A stretch of DNA of 49,933 bases, the filler included, from Trypethelium eluteriae (taxonomy: Eukaryota), in NCBI GenBank assembly GCA_051942245.1. It is 2 parts of 2 records of this genome, joined end to end, with 100 filler letters (N's around TTAATTAATTAA, not from the genome) between each part and the next. Parts side by side here need not be neighbours in the genome. Positions count along the whole stretch, not along the records: positions 25,029 to 49,933 come from JAVECL010000389.1; 1 more part is not named here. One strand, written 5' to 3'. This document shows, in pieces, positions 48,376 through 49,933 of this stretch. The notes under the pieces were generated by a model, which saw nothing but the letters and a program-made list of their open reading frames with translations, had not been told where the DNA came from and searched no databases. Positions within the stretch are counted from its first letter, which is position 1. Each line of letters starts with the position of its first letter. The translations under genes and the position numbers were made by a program.

Positions 48376-49933
48376 CAATTTGAGAGATGCACGATTGTAC
48401 AAATTTTGCTTTTTGTGCTTATGTAGGGTCACTATATTGAGGCGATTAGGCAGTGGCGCAGATCACGCATGCAGGTCCGGAGATGGCTTTCGGGACGAGG
48501 CGAATCTATCTGCAAGCCTCCAACATCGGCGCTGGACTACCGTTTATCTTTAGCTTTGCTTTTTCCTATTCCTATTTTGTGAGCGCGGAGGCGAGTATCG
48601 CTATTACGTACCTTGAGATAGCTTCTCTATCCAGTAGTTTCGACAGACCTTTACCGAGACTACGGTACAGAGACCAACAGCGAACACAGACCATGTAGTT
48701 CTTGAAGGATAAGACGTTTTCCTTGGCATTTATTCGTCAGATCCACGCTTAAACACATGTAGAAGCTAGGCTGCGGGTCGATGGTGTACGTGAGTCGTAA
48801 TCTGCTGAGATAAGATATGTTGCTTGGACTGGAGGTTGTACCAAGAAATTTCGGCGCTGTCCTGGGTTGCCGATATGATGGTCTTCGCATACTCTATTCT
48901 ACCTAGGTGGTCCTCGACAAGGCCTCCACATTGTAGATAAGAGCTCGATCCAATATCGACGAATAAAATGCACACGGTCCCGTGTTCACAGTTGCCTGAA
49001 TCTTACTATGGTCATGGTCTGAGTCTGGAGGATATTAGAGACGACTAAAATTTCTTCTCAGCTCTTGTGGAGTGGTAATAGGAATATTATACCCCATAAT
49101 CAGCTATTCTTTTCGACACTGTTCTCCTACTTAGCGTGAATAGAGTGGCATGACAATCTTTGGCACTACTGCTGTTGAGCTGGTTCTCTTTGTCTCAGCA
49201 ATCATAGCAGTTCGCACCAGCGAAATCCAGATGAAACCTGGTCAACATGACTAACTCCACTGGACTAGGCGTGTATAGATTGGCTTTTGCTGAACATACT
49301 CAATCTTGCTCTCTCATGCGGCTGTTCTTGAAATCCCTCTCGATGGACAGCAGCGTCCACGAGTCAGCATGAAGAATCATGCAGACGATTCATTTGACAT
49401 GAAACCTGGCTTAGCGAGGGTTCAAATCACCGTGCGTTATACCATAAGACTTAACTCCGTTATAGATGGCTTCTATAACGTCAAAGCGCCAAATACAAAT
49501 ATGGGAATCTTAAATCACGCTGCCTCAGAACTTTATGCGAGAGAGCAGCATTGATCGAAGCCATTTGACTTAGATCGACAAAATAACTTTCAGCTGTGTA
49601 TCCCTGCGATCTGACATTTTGACATTTTGGCGATAGATAATTACAAGACATACAAGATGTACGAATGAGGTCAGACTTTCCGCCAGTTTAGAATCGTATG
49701 AGACTTGGCCGGTCGATTGGCCGCAGCAGACCTTTCCCAGGCCTTCGTTCCTGCGTACTGTAAACACCGAAACCTTTGAACACCATAGAAAGCCTCAAAA
49801 GACCATCCCATAGCTATCACACCTTTTAGCCATCCCATAACATAACAATAGGAAAAGCGCGCATCAAATATCCGTCCAAATCACTCATACCTCCCACATC
49901 AAAGCAGCCGTCAACTCATCCACACTACCTACC

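Overview
Eukaryotic DNA from a filamentous ascomycete (Pezizomycotina). Genes are interrupted by short GT-AG introns with CTRAY branch sites, so the ORF track breaks most of them into pieces. Two compact housekeeping blocks are present. Block 1 (0.6-11.8 kb): OPT oligopeptide transporter, LIP2, a small mitochondrial-type membrane protein, ERF2 palmitoyltransferase and an ASH1-like SET methyltransferase. Block 2 (25-29.2 kb): LMBR1-domain protein, glutaredoxin and AIM18-like protein. They alternate with gene-sparse accessory blocks: O-methyltransferase, two PTH11-like receptors, MFS and NCS1 transporters, arylsulfatase, a DUF1996 secreted protein, an NYN-like/CCCH protein, an orphan gene and a decayed Zn2Cys6 regulator. 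A 100-nt artificial contig linker (N44-TTAATTAATTAA-N44) at 24929-25028 truncates the LMBR1 gene. Best leads: (1) a near-cognate ATT start in CCACC context that would add a mitochondrial-type presequence to glutaredoxin; (2) an unexplained rod-plus-three-way-junction RNA fold next to the gap; (3) an O-methyltransferase intron ending in TTG instead of YAG; (4) repeated abrupt C-rich to G-rich strand flips inside genes; (5) a dense GCTTACT motif cluster upstream of the arylsulfatase. No rRNA, tRNA, CRISPR array or intact transposon was recognised. All calls were made by eye, without database searches.
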